Positions 1 through 8,899 of a stretch of DNA of 32,000 bases are shown here, piece after piece. Within the stretch, counting starts at the first letter, position 1. Each line of letters opens with the position of its first letter. Origin of the DNA: Aquifex aeolicus VF5 (GTDB lineage Bacteria > Aquificota > Aquificia > Aquificales > Aquificaceae); assembly GCF_000008625.1 (NCBI RefSeq), contig NC_000918.1:1410001-1442000 (forward strand), read 5' to 3'. The position numbers were made by a program, and so were the translations under genes. The notes below the pieces were generated by a model that had not been told where the DNA came from, did no database searches, and saw only the letters and a list, made by a program, of their open reading frames with translations.

Positions 1-364
1 ACTCTTCTGCACCCTCACCGTATATGAAAACGTGTTTGTAGTTCGGAGTTAAGTCCTCAAAGTAGACTTTCAGTGAAAGTTTTAACCTGTTGAACTCGTT
101 TATTACGAAATCTGCAGGCTCTTCCGTGTCGAGTATATAGTAATCCTTTATTTTGTATACGAAGAAGTCCGCTATGGGCTGACCATTTTGCTTGAGCCAC
201 AGGTTGTAGTTAAAAGTGTAGGGCTTTAAAGACTTTATATCATTTGTAAGGAGTCCATGAAGGAAGTGTGTGTGCTCCTCCGGAGCGGTAAGTCCCTTCA
301 TCAACATCTTTACAGGCTTTCCGTAAACCTTTATCTTACTTCTCTTTAAATCTATCCACTTCAT
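1..364 (-). CDS. GcvT/YgfZ-family folate-binding (aminomethyltransferase-like) protein. Only the N-terminal part is in the window; the gene continues past position 1.
   Basis: Hand translation of the minus strand from the ATG at 364-362 gives MKWIDLKRSKIKVYGKPVKMLMKGLTAPEEHTHFLHGLLTNDIKSLKPYTFNYNLWLKQNGQPIADFFVYKIKDYYILDTEE..., open to the window edge. The FLHGLLTNDI motif resembles YgfZ/GcvT proteins. Confidence 0.55.
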   Translation of the reverse strand, partial: MKWIDLKRSKIKVYGKPVKMLMKGLTAPEEHTHFLHGLLTNDIKSLKPYTFNYNLWLKQNGQPIADFFVYKIKDYYILDTEEPADFVINEFNRLKLSLKVYFEDLTPNYKHVFIYGEGAEE

Positions 365-475
365 ACTAATAAAATTCTATTGTTTAAAAGTATTATTTCA
401 CTTTATGCTCAGAATAAAGAATTCTAAGAGAAAAATCTAAAGGAAGATTTAAGTTTTTCCATAGGGAGGGCTATC

Positions 476-985
476 ATGAAGAAATTGGTTTTACTCTTTA
501 TGTTTTTCAGTTTCCTTTTTGCGGAAGAACATGCAAAGTTCGTACAGACGCCTTACGAGGCTCCATTCAAGGTTGTTGTAGAATTTTACTTTGACGAGCC
601 TGAAAAGATAAGACCTGCACTTCTCTGGGTTTCAAACATCATATACGTGCTCTCTAACGAACCTTACAACTTCGTACCCGGTGAGGATATAGACATAGTC
701 GTGATAATCCACGGGACGGAGATAACAACTCTCGTTAAGAAAAACAGGGAAAAGTACAAAGACATATGGGAGAGAATTGAGGGAATGAGCATGTACGGGG
801 TTAAGTTTAAGGTTTGTGCTATGGCGGCGGAACAGCTATACGGATACTCTAAAGAAGATTTTCCGCCTTTTGTTGACCTTGTTCCTTCAGCTATAACGGA
901 ACTCCTCCACTGGCAACAAAAGGGATACGCACTCCTTATACCACAAATATATGAAATGAAAAGGACAAGAGAGGAAATAAGGTGA
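476..985 (+). CDS. Secreted DsrE/DsrF-like protein (COG1416-type)
   Basis: 169-aa ORF with an N-terminal signal peptide (MKKLVLLFMFFSFLFA) and a GGGAGGG Shine-Dalgarno upstream. The C-terminal segment GVKFKVCAMAAEQ...VDLVPSAITELLHWQQKGYALLIP is typical of DsrE-like COG1416 proteins. It is a paralog of the ORF at 11933-12364. Confidence 0.65.
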   Translation: MKKLVLLFMFFSFLFAEEHAKFVQTPYEAPFKVVVEFYFDEPEKIRPALLWVSNIIYVLSNEPYNFVPGEDIDIVVIIHGTEITTLVKKNREKYKDIWERIEGMSMYGVKFKVCAMAAEQLYGYSKEDFPPFVDLVPSAITELLHWQQKGYALLIPQIYEMKRTREEIR

Positions 986-1810
986 TTATTCGTACTCCGT
1001 TGAATCCTTGTCCAGCTCTGCGTACTTTTCGCTCATCTCAACAGCTTGTTCAAACAGCTGTCTTTCTCTTTCCGTAATTTCGACCGGTCTTCTTTCCTTT
1101 GTGGGTACAACTTCTTCTGCGCTTTCCCTTCTTTGTTTACCTTCAAGAACCGCATCCGCAATTTTAGAAGTGAGGAGTTTTATGGATTTGATAGCGTCGT
1201 CGTTTCCGGGAATTGTGTAATCAATAACTGTTGGGTCGCAGTTTGAGTCCGCTATGGCAACTATGGGAATTCCTAGTTTTCTCGCTTCGCTAACCGCTAT
1301 CTTCTCCCTCACCGTGTCTACTATCCAGATAACGTCGGGGAGCTTCTTCATATCCCTTATACCGTTGTAGAGTTTTCTCAGTTTTTCCATTTTCCTTCTC
1401 AAGTTTCTCACTTCCTTTTTGGGGAGGACGTCAAATATTCCGTCTTCTTCCATCCTTTCGAGTGTTTGGAGCTTCATAATGCTCTTTCTGACCGTCTGGA
1501 AGTTTGTGAGGAGTCCACCTACCCATCTTTCGTTAACGTAGAAAGCTCCGCACCTTTCCGCCTCTTCCTTAATAATGTCCTTTGCCTGTTTCTTCGTTCC
1601 GACAAAGAGTATCTCACCGCCCTGAGCAATAACGTCCGAAACGAAGTGATAAGCGTCTTCAAGCATTACTATGGTTTTGTTCAGGTCAATTATGTGTATC
1701 CCGTGTCTGACTCCGTAGATGTAGGGAGCCATTTTGGGGTTCCATCTGGACTTTGAGTGTCCGAAGTGAACACCCGCCTCTAAAAGTTCCTTCATGGAAA
1801 CTACCGGCAT
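986..1810 (-). CDS. rpsB: 30S ribosomal protein S2
   Basis: 274 aa. The N-terminus [27 protein letters not shown] and the motifs VGTKKQA and WVGGLLTNF are canonical S2. An AGGAGG Shine-Dalgarno lies at 1819-1824 on the minus strand. Confidence 0.97.
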
Positions 1811-1890
1811 ACTTCACACCTCCTTGGGTTTTGCCACCCTTCCCCATCACCCCGAAGCTGGGGCAACCCAAGCGGGGAAGGTGCGGTTTA
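1811..1890 (-). promoter_or_regulatory. Candidate structured 5' leader of rpsB: a GC-rich helix, an inner hairpin and a loop-to-SD pseudoknot
   Basis: On the minus-sense RNA, CACCUUCCCC (1883-1874) pairs with GGGGAAGGGUG (1845-1835). The inner hairpin is CCCC-AGCUUC-GGGG (1863-1850). CUUGGGUU (1872-1865) is perfectly complementary to AACCCAAG (1830-1823), which overlaps the AAGGAGG Shine-Dalgarno. The segment 1831-1886 is about 68% G+C (38/56 by hand count) within AT-rich intergenic DNA. Confidence 0.4.
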
Positions 1891-1901
1891 AAGAAATAAT
1901 T

Positions 1902-2879
1902 TTAATCCTTCTTCTCACCGTTTTCACCCTTTTTCTTTTCAAGTTCCCTTTTTTCCTCTATTACACTCCTGTCAAACCTGTAAATCCTTCCGCAGAAATT
2001 GCAGGAAACTTCCGCAAGCTCGTTTTCATTAAAGAGGTCCTCAAGTTCCTGAGTACTCATCAAAAACAGCGAAGCCTTTGCTACTTCCTCATCACACGGA
2101 CAGTAATACTCAACTTCCTTCAAACCTATGAGCTGAGGTTCCATGTCTTTTAAGATTTCCACCGCTATGTCCTCAGGTCTCATTCCCTTTTCCATCATCT
2201 CCGTAACGGGAGGGAGGGAGAGAATTCTCTTCTCAAGTAGTTCCTTTACCTTCTCAGAAGTCCCGCCGAGCGTCTGAACCAAGTACCCTCCTGCGTGTTT
2301 TACGCTTCCGTCTTCGTTTACTTTAACACCGACCGCAACCGCGGAAGGCGTTTGTTCGGACTGGTAAAGGTAGTAAGCTATATCCTGTCCTATTTCTCCC
2401 GAAATCAACGGAACTACGCTCGTGTAAGGTTTGCCCATTCCGAGGTCCTTTACAACAGTAAGAGTTCCCTTTCCAACTATCTTTGCAACGTCAAACTTCT
2501 TTTTACCTTCTACTTCTTTTGTGTAGGTATCCACGTTTGGGTTTCCTACAAAGCCCCTTACTCTTCCCTTTGCGTCTGCCTCTACCACTATAGTTCCGAT
2601 AGGTCCATCTCCTTCTATTTTTAAAAGGAGTTTTTGGTTGGTACCGTGCTTGAGGAGAGAAGTTAAGAGAAGGGCTCCCACTATAGCCCTGCCCATGGCA
2701 ACGGTGGCCGACGGTGATAAGTTGTGTATCCTCCTTGCGGTTTCAACGGTGTTTGTAGCTTTAACGACGTAAACCCTTACGGGCTCCTTTTTGGGAACCG
2801 CTATAACCATATAGTCTCTTTCTTGGAAGTAGTCTTTTAGATCCTTCTTTACCTGCTCGCTTAGCTCCTTTATCAGCAT
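1902..2879 (-). CDS. hslO: Hsp33 redox-regulated chaperone
   Basis: 325 aa. The C-terminal zinc centre is CPCDEE...CNFCGRIYRF (CXC...CXXC), and the Hsp33 core includes GRAIVGALLL and GEIGQDIAYYLYQSEQTPSAV. Confidence 0.93.
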   Translation of the reverse strand: MLIKELSEQVKKDLKDYFQERDYMVIAVPKKEPVRVYVVKATNTVETARRIHNLSPSATVAMGRAIVGALLLTSLLKHGTNQKLLLKIEGDGPIGTIVVEADAKGRVRGFVGNPNVDTYTKEVEGKKKFDVAKIVGKGTLTVVKDLGMGKPYTSVVPLISGEIGQDIAYYLYQSEQTPSAVAVGVKVNEDGSVKHAGGYLVQTLGGTSEKVKELLEKRILSLPPVTEMMEKGMRPEDIAVEILKDMEPQLIGLKEVEYYCPCDEEVAKASLFLMSTQELEDLFNENELAEVSCNFCGRIYRFDRSVIEEKRELEKKKGENGEKKD

Positions 2880-2895
2880 AATATTTTAAGTTATC

Positions 2896-5712
2896 CTATC
2901 CCACCGCTCTCTCAATAATACTCTTGACTATTTCCTTCTCAAGGGGTGAGCTTATCTTGGGTATTATCGTTTCCATTACCACGGTCTTGGCATCTCCGTA
3001 CTTTCTCAGTCTCCTTGCACACCTTATCGTGTCCCTGATGGAGAACACGAATTCTACCGGCTCTTCGGACTGCTGTGTCTGGTAAGCCCTGTAAGCCTTT
3101 CTTATCTCGTTTGCTATCTTGAGGAGGTCAAAGAGGAGTTTTACATCTCTTTCCCTTTCGGGAGTTCTGAGTTTTTCTCCGAGCTGTGTCTTTACGTCGT
3201 TTACCACGTAATACCAGAGGTACGTAAACTCTTCCTTGTTCAGAGAAGCAAGTGTATCCAGGTAGTCTTTAAGTATCAGGGCTTCGTCGGGGTAGTAAAA
3301 GCCCTTTTCGTCCTCAAAGGGAGGGTAATCCACGTACATTATGTCCGCCCTTGACTTTATGTCTTGAGGGAGTTCCGAAACACCGAGGTAGTTCTGAGGG
3401 TTCATTCCCCCCACGAGTATCACGTCGGGTCTCGCCTTTACCACCTCTCCGTAAGAGAGAACCAGGTACCTCCTGTAGTCAAAGAGGGGGTTGAATATTT
3501 TGACAAGAGAGGGAGGAAGTGTGTTTATCTCGTCAAGGTATATCACGGCTCCGGGCGTTCTCAGGGCCCTAACGAGGTCGGAGTAAACCTTCTTCGTTCC
3601 CTTTTTGGGGTCAAACTCGTAAATGAAGGTTATGTCTTCCTTTTCCATCTTTGAATTGCAGGGGATTATAAAGAGGGGTCTGTTGGTGAGAGCAGAGAAT
3701 ACTTCAACGAGGAAGTTTTTACCTACACCCGCGTCACCCTCAAGTATGAGTATTCCCTCGTGGTACTGGAGCTGCTCTTTTACTAAAGATGTGAACCTCT
3801 CAAGGTTCTGGACGAACCAGGGGGTTTCTTCAAAAGAGACGAACTCCGGAACTCTGTACTGCTCTGCTGAACAAAGGCCGTTTAAGTGTTTTAAGTACCT
3901 TCCGACCCAAGGGGGAAAGTGCCCGACTTCAGACTGTTCAAGTATGTTGTTGTAGCGCTTTGGCTCTACGCTCAGGCCGTCTTCCCTCTCAAAGATAAGC
4001 CTTGCGAATACTTTTCCGTCCTGCAGGAACTTGTCCTCTACTTTTACGTGCCACTTGTACCTTACGGGCTCAGCTTTGAACTTCTCTACTTCTTCCCTTC
4101 CGAAGATTACCTTGTCTTCAAGGAGTTTTATAGTGAAGGTTTTTAGCCTGTCCTCTATTAATTTCTCCTGAAGGGTCTTGAGGAGTTCTTCGTTTGCGTA
4201 GTTGTAAAACTCCCTGGGAAGTGTTGATATAAACTTCCTTGTTTCCTTTACCTCTTGGAGGCTTTCGAGCTCCGAGAAACTCTTAACCTTTGCCCTTGAT
4301 ATGGCTTCCCTTACTTTTTCAAGGTGCTCGTTTAACTTCTTGTTGAAGAACTCAACGACTTCCTTTCTCAGTTCTTCCAGCTTTTCCTTCCATTCCTGGG
4401 AGACTTCTTCAATTTTTTCCTTGAGTCTGTTGTAGTCCTGTCCGGTTATTGTTCCTTCCTGGAGTTTTTTCTTTATGTTTTCGTAAAAGACTTCGAGTTT
4501 TCTCTCTTGAAGTTCTTCACGTGCCTTCAGTATTAATTCTCTTACTTCCTTTAAAGGAACGCTTATTTCTTCAAGTTCCCTTAAGGGCTTTACGGACTCA
4601 AGTTCCTCTTCGGTTTTTGCCTCCTTTAAGACTTTTTTAAACTCCTTGTATATCTCGTTTGCGTTCTTGATTATCTGCTTTTGCCTTTCCTTGGGATACA
4701 AGAAGTCTATGAGGTTAGTTTCGAACTTCTCAAGGAAGTAGTAAAGCTTTCCTTCTTGTTCTTCCCACCTTGAGGTGTAAACGCTTCCGTCTGAGGCTAC
4801 ACGGACCACGCTGTAGCCGTACCCTTCCAGAAATCCTAAAAATTGATTGTTCCTCAGGTCGTAAACGCCGAGTCTGTTTTCCTCTTCATCCGCACTAAAG
4901 AGGAAGCTACCTTCCGGAGAAACGTCTATGAGTCCAACCCTGTGGGGGAGTTCAAGCTCTCCCTCCACTCTATCCAGGGCGGAGTCGTAAATTGCAATCT
5001 TTTGTTTTTCGTTGTCCGCTATGAATACTTTATCCTCGTAAAGGGCTATCGCCCTATTTCCCGCGTAGTTCAGTTTTCTGAGAAGATTACCGCCTATTGA
5101 GAAAACCGCACACCCTTGCGTTCCGCTCAGGAAAAGCTTCCCGTTCGGAAGTATCTTTAAAGCTCTGAGGTCACCTATTTCCGCGTCCCTGTATATGAAG
5201 GTGCTCTTAAAGTCAACGGTGGTCTGGGTGAGATCGCCTGAAAGGTCTATTACGTAAACCTTCTCTCCTACCACTCCGAAGGCTAAAGAACCTTTCCTTA
5301 TATCGAGTCCACCAGTTGGTCTTAGTCCTTCCTGTGAAATCCTTACACTTTTCCATGTCTTGGGGTCTTTTGAGTTTTCCAGGTAGTAAATCACGAGGTA
5401 TGGAGGTGCTACTACTCCCAAGTACTTTCCTCTGAAGACTATGTCCGTGATGGACTGAGCGGGGGGCTTTGAGGGGAGTCTGTGAAGGTTGCCAGCCCAA
5501 TCGTAGAGCTGGAATATGCCGTGTCTCCTTCCTACAAGAACCCAGTAGGCGTCTTCGGAAACGTCTAAGGTTTCTATCCAGTACTCCTCTATCTTTGCGT
5601 CCGGATCCCTTTTTAAGGGGAAGTACTTGAACTTCAAATCACCTACGGTGAACTCGGGAGTTTTTTCTTCTTTCCTTTCTTCCTTTTTAAGGAACTTGTT
5701 TAAAATACCCAT
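2896..5712 (-). CDS. Large multidomain protein: N-terminal beta-propeller-like region, central coiled coil, C-terminal AAA_5 (MoxR/dynein-like) ATPase. Function unknown.
   Basis: 938-aa uninterrupted ORF. The Walker A motif GDAGVGKN lies at nt 3715-3738 and the Walker B motif VIYLDE at about nt 3529-3546. Residues about 340-530 are K/E-rich with a heptad-like pattern. Residues about 40-330 are beta-strand-rich with blade-like repeats (VYVIDLSG, IAIYDS, LIDVSPEG, LGVYDLRN, VRVASDGSVY). The ORF ends 16 nt upstream of hslO. Confidence 0.85.
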   Translation of the reverse strand: MGILNKFLKKEERKEEKTPEFTVGDLKFKYFPLKRDPDAKIEEYWIETLDVSEDAYWVLVGRRHGIFQLYDWAGNLHRLPSKPPAQSITDIVFRGKYLGVVAPPYLVIYYLENSKDPKTWKSVRISQEGLRPTGGLDIRKGSLAFGVVGEKVYVIDLSGDLTQTTVDFKSTFIYRDAEIGDLRALKILPNGKLFLSGTQGCAVFSIGGNLLRKLNYAGNRAIALYEDKVFIADNEKQKIAIYDSALDRVEGELELPHRVGLIDVSPEGSFLFSADEEENRLGVYDLRNNQFLGFLEGYGYSVVRVASDGSVYTSRWEEQEGKLYYFLEKFETNLIDFLYPKERQKQIIKNANEIYKEFKKVLKEAKTEEELESVKPLRELEEISVPLKEVRELILKAREELQERKLEVFYENIKKKLQEGTITGQDYNRLKEKIEEVSQEWKEKLEELRKEVVEFFNKKLNEHLEKVREAISRAKVKSFSELESLQEVKETRKFISTLPREFYNYANEELLKTLQEKLIEDRLKTFTIKLLEDKVIFGREEVEKFKAEPVRYKWHVKVEDKFLQDGKVFARLIFEREDGLSVEPKRYNNILEQSEVGHFPPWVGRYLKHLNGLCSAEQYRVPEFVSFEETPWFVQNLERFTSLVKEQLQYHEGILILEGDAGVGKNFLVEVFSALTNRPLFIIPCNSKMEKEDITFIYEFDPKKGTKKVYSDLVRALRTPGAVIYLDEINTLPPSLVKIFNPLFDYRRYLVLSYGEVVKARPDVILVGGMNPQNYLGVSELPQDIKSRADIMYVDYPPFEDEKGFYYPDEALILKDYLDTLASLNKEEFTYLWYYVVNDVKTQLGEKLRTPERERDVKLLFDLLKIANEIRKAYRAYQTQQSEEPVEFVFSIRDTIRCARRLRKYGDAKTVVMETIIPKISSPLEKEIVKSIIERAVG

Positions 5713-5786
5713 TTAAGATAAACATATTAAAGACTTAAAGGTGCACGACTTTCTGAGGAATCTCATACTGAGTTAAAATTTCCACT

Positions 5787-6200
5787 ATGAAAGCTTACAC
5801 CAAGTACTTAACCTTCAACACGAAGAAGAGAAGGGAACTCATAAGGATTACGGACGAGGTTAAAAAAGCGGTGGAAGAAAGCGAAGTGAAGGAAGGTCTT
5901 TGTCTTGTTTCCTCCATGCACCTGACATCCTCCGTAATCATTCAGGACGATGAGGAGGGACTTCACGAAGACATCTGGGAGTGGCTCGAGAAATTAGCAC
6001 CATACAGACCTGATTACAAGCACCACAGAACCGGAGAGGACAACGGAGACGCTCACCTAAAAAACCTCTTAACTCACCTTCAGGTAGTCCTTCCTATAAC
6101 GAACGGGAAGCTGGATCTGGGACCGTGGCAGGAGATTTTTTACGCGGAGTTTGACGGACAGAGACCGAAAAGAGTTGTTATAAAGATAATCGGGGAGTAA
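5787..6200 (+). CDS. YjbQ/UPF0047 family protein (secondary thiamine-phosphate synthase-like)
   Basis: 137 aa. The segments [35 protein letters not shown] and [13 protein letters not shown] match the conserved YjbQ family pattern. Confidence 0.85.
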   Translation: MKAYTKYLTFNTKKRRELIRITDEVKKAVEESEVKEGLCLVSSMHLTSSVIIQDDEEGLHEDIWEWLEKLAPYRPDYKHHRTGEDNGDAHLKNLLTHLQVVLPITNGKLDLGPWQEIFYAEFDGQRPKRVVIKIIGE

Positions 6201-6210
6201 ATAATTCTTA

Positions 6211-7263
6211 ATGGCTGAGGAGCATAAAACAGAACGGGCAACTCCGTACAAAAGGAGGAAGGTAAGGGAAGAGGGAAACGTAGCAAAGAGCCACGAGATA
6301 GCATCCTCCCTTGTAGTCCTCCTTTCCCTTCTCCTATTACTCTTCCTTGGAACTTACATAGCTAAAGAAGTAATACTCATTTTTCTGGCGGTAACGGGAT
6401 ACGTCCACGCGGATATATCCGAGCTAGGAAGCCTTTACGAGAACTTTTACGAAAACATCGTTAAGGTTTTAACCCCGCTGTTTTTCTTAGCTCTATTAGT
6501 CGTCATTCTTTCTCACGTGGCACAGTTCGGATTTATTTTTACCTTGAAGCCTCTCTCTTTTAAGTGGGAAAGGATAAACCCTTTTGAAGGTATAAAGCGA
6601 TTAATCTCTCTAACCACTTTATTTGAAACGGTAAAAAACACCCTGAAGGCTTTTCTGCTTATAGGTATAGCGGTTTTCGTTTTAAAGGGCAGTCTTTACT
6701 TTTTCCTCTCCTCTTCCACTTACCCTTTGGCAGAAACTCTGAAGAGTTTTATTAAGACCTCAGCTATAACGCTTATAACCCTCGGAGTGGTTGCCCTCCT
6801 AATAGCCTTTCTGGATTACGCCTTCAAACGCTGGCAGTACGAAAAGAAGATAATGATGTCGAGAAGGGAATTGAAGGAGGAGTACAAACAACTGGAAGGA
6901 CACCCGGAAGTAAAGAGCAGGATAAAGGCAAGGATGAGGGAGCTCGCAAAGAGCAGGATGATGGCAGAAGTTCCCAAGGCAACAGTAGTTATCACAAACC
7001 CAACACACATAGCGATAGCCCTCAAATACAATCCGGAGAAAGACAAAGCTCCCGTTGTTGTTGCAAAGGGAAAGGGCACTATAGCCCAGAAAATCGTTGA
7101 GATTGCAGAAAACTACAGTATACCCGTAGTGAGGAAACCGGAACTCGCAAGGGCACTCTACCCTGCGGTTGAGGTAGGAAAGGAAATATCCCCTAAATTT
7201 TACAAAGCCGTAGCGGAAATAATAGCCTACGTTATGTTCAAAAAGAAAAAGGTTTACGCCTGA
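6211..7263 (+). CDS. flhB: Flagellar export apparatus protein FlhB
   Basis: 350 aa. Features are the N-terminal EKTERATPYKRRKVREEGNVAKS, four transmembrane segments, and the autocleavage motif NPTH in VVITNPTHIAIALKY. Confidence 0.93.
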   Translation: MAEEHKTERATPYKRRKVREEGNVAKSHEIASSLVVLLSLLLLLFLGTYIAKEVILIFLAVTGYVHADISELGSLYENFYENIVKVLTPLFFLALLVVILSHVAQFGFIFTLKPLSFKWERINPFEGIKRLISLTTLFETVKNTLKAFLLIGIAVFVLKGSLYFFLSSSTYPLAETLKSFIKTSAITLITLGVVALLIAFLDYAFKRWQYEKKIMMSRRELKEEYKQLEGHPEVKSRIKARMRELAKSRMMAEVPKATVVITNPTHIAIALKYNPEKDKAPVVVAKGKGTIAQKIVEIAENYSIPVVRKPELARALYPAVEVGKEISPKFYKAVAEIIAYVMFKKKKVYA

Positions 7264-8564
7264 GGACGCAGGAAAGAAAGCACCTTCTGGGCTACCTTTT
7301 TAGAAGCCCTTATGCAGTCTGCGGTGGAGACCCCGTAGAGCCAGTTCCCCGTCAGGAACAGCCCAGGATAATCCTTTTCCATTTCTTGAGCTAGGTTCAA
7401 GAACCTGTCGTACCCCAGAGTGTACTGAGGTATAGCCCTCTTCCACTTCTGAACGTGCATAAAGTCTATACAGTCTATTTGAAGTATCTCTTTCAGTTCT
7501 CTTTCTACTATGTTTTCTATTTCTTCCTCGGAGAGCTCTATTACCTCTCTGTCCGTTGCTCCTCCCAGGAACACCGTTAAAAGTTCCTTTCCCTGAGGTG
7601 CTCTTCCCGGGAATAACTTTGACATAAACATAGCTCCGAGAATTCTCTTTTTTCCACTCTCGGAACTAAGAAGCCGAACCTTCGGGAATTTCCCTTCAAC
7701 ACCTACGTTCACAACTACTACGGGAGGATAATCTATCTTGTCGAACTCTTCGCTCGCACTGAAAGAAACTTCCTTCAGGAGATAAGAGGAAGTGTAGGCC
7801 GGGGAAGCTACTACGACACTTTTTGTCTCAACCTTTTTCCCGCGCACATCAAGCCTGAAGAAATCCTCAAACTTCCTCATTCTCAGAACTACGTTTTCTG
7901 TATGAACTTCAAGCTTTTGAGCAAGTGCATTTATTAGCTCTCCCAAGCCTTCCCCGAAGGATATTAGCTTGCCTTTAGGGCCTGCGGTTTTTTCTTTGAT
8001 AAATGCCTTTATTAAACTTCCGTACTTTTTCTGAGCTTCATAAAGTTTAGGTGTGGCGTGCTTGAGGGATAACTTTTCCGGATCACCAGCGTAAACCCCC
8101 GAGATAAAAGGAGCCACGACGTAATTCAGGAATTCCTCGCCGAAATGTTCTCTTACAAAATCCGCTATGGAAATGTCTTCATCAACACCTCTCTTAAAGA
8201 TTTCCGTAAGGACTTTCAACTTCGTTTTAAGGGAAAGAAGCGGTGTTTTAAGAAATTCCACGGGCGACATGGGAAGGGGAATTAACCTTCCCTTTTTGTA
8301 TATGTATCTATATTTAGAAGAAGGAGAAGCCTCTACGGGTTCAATTCCTGCCTCTTTCAAGAAATCTATAACTTCTTGATCCGCAAGTATAGTCTGAGCC
8401 CCTACTTCAAAGAGATATCCCTTTTCTTTCACCGTGTGGATCGTCCCCCCTATCCTGTCGTCCTTTTCGTAAACTACAACGTCCACACCCTCCTTTTTTA
8501 ACCTGTATGCTGTAGAAAGTCCAGAAATTCCTGCACCTATTACCACAACCTCTCGCATATCCAA
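7254..8564 (-). CDS. hemY: Protoporphyrinogen oxidase (HemY-type FAD enzyme)
   Basis: 436 aa. It has an N-terminal dinucleotide fold VVVIGAGISGLSTAYRLKKEG..VVVYEKDDRIGG. The length and the C-terminal GLFLTGNWLYGVSTADCI match HemY/PPOX. It overlaps the flhB 3' end by 10 nt. Confidence 0.85.
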   Translation of the reverse strand: MDMREVVVIGAGISGLSTAYRLKKEGVDVVVYEKDDRIGGTIHTVKEKGYLFEVGAQTILADQEVIDFLKEAGIEPVEASPSSKYRYIYKKGRLIPLPMSPVEFLKTPLLSLKTKLKVLTEIFKRGVDEDISIADFVREHFGEEFLNYVVAPFISGVYAGDPEKLSLKHATPKLYEAQKKYGSLIKAFIKEKTAGPKGKLISFGEGLGELINALAQKLEVHTENVVLRMRKFEDFFRLDVRGKKVETKSVVVASPAYTSSYLLKEVSFSASEEFDKIDYPPVVVVNVGVEGKFPKVRLLSSESGKKRILGAMFMSKLFPGRAPQGKELLTVFLGGATDREVIELSEEEIENIVERELKEILQIDCIDFMHVQKWKRAIPQYTLGYDRFLNLAQEMEKDYPGLFLTGNWLYGVSTADCIRASKKVAQKVLSFLRPQA

Positions 8565-8604
8565 ATTCTAAAACTTTTCCTTCTAAACAAACCCTGACAA
8601 AAGC

Positions 8605-8633
8605 TTGGAAAAAACTTGAAAATGTTTTAAAAT
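8605..8633 (+). promoter_or_regulatory. Candidate sigma70-like promoter (TTGGAA-N17-TAAAAT), possibly the leader promoter of the CRISPR array
   Basis: TTGGAA lies at 8605-8610, followed by a 17-nt spacer and TAAAAT at 8628-8633, inside the AT-rich 335-nt region upstream of the first repeat. This is a motif match only. Confidence 0.25.
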
Positions 8634-8899
8634 ACTAAACAAAGCCCTTTTTGGGCTCCGGCTCCTTGGCAATTGAATATGGTAAGTGAACCTTAATAAG
8701 TGATGCTTTGATGGTGTGATGTATTGAAATCATGATGCAACATAGCTAAAAAGATTGAAAATCAAGGGCATAAATTTTTACAATGATATACTCAAGTTTG
8801 CAGAACCGCGGGTTAGCGGAAATTAACATTCGTTTCGTGAAGGTTAGGTGTCTAATAAGTTATTGATAAAGCGTTATTTTTTAGGCACAGGCGTGCAGG

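Noticed and set aside
1835-1883. The GC-rich helix as an intrinsic terminator for hslO
   Set aside because: On the minus-sense RNA the helix is followed by GGCAAAACCC, not a U-tract. It also lies right against the rpsB Shine-Dalgarno, so a leader or regulatory role fits better.
1794-2153. 119-aa plus-strand ORF spanning the rpsB start, the spacer and the hslO 3' end
   Set aside because: It overlaps two well-supported minus-strand genes and the structured spacer, and it has no motifs.
8643-8657. The hairpin AGCCC-TTTTT-GGGCT as a terminator or small RNA end (a T-rich tail follows on the minus strand)
   Set aside because: A 5-bp stem is very weak for a hyperthermophile. On the minus strand it would also sit between any upstream transcription and the hemY start. 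It could be chance in AT-rich DNA.
8565-8899. Small peptide ORFs or a tRNA/ncRNA gene in the AT-rich region upstream of the array
   Set aside because: Only ORFs of 2-6 codons are present, without Shine-Dalgarno sequences. I found no cloverleaf-compatible or GC-rich segment. The region is best treated as CRISPR leader plus hemY promoter.
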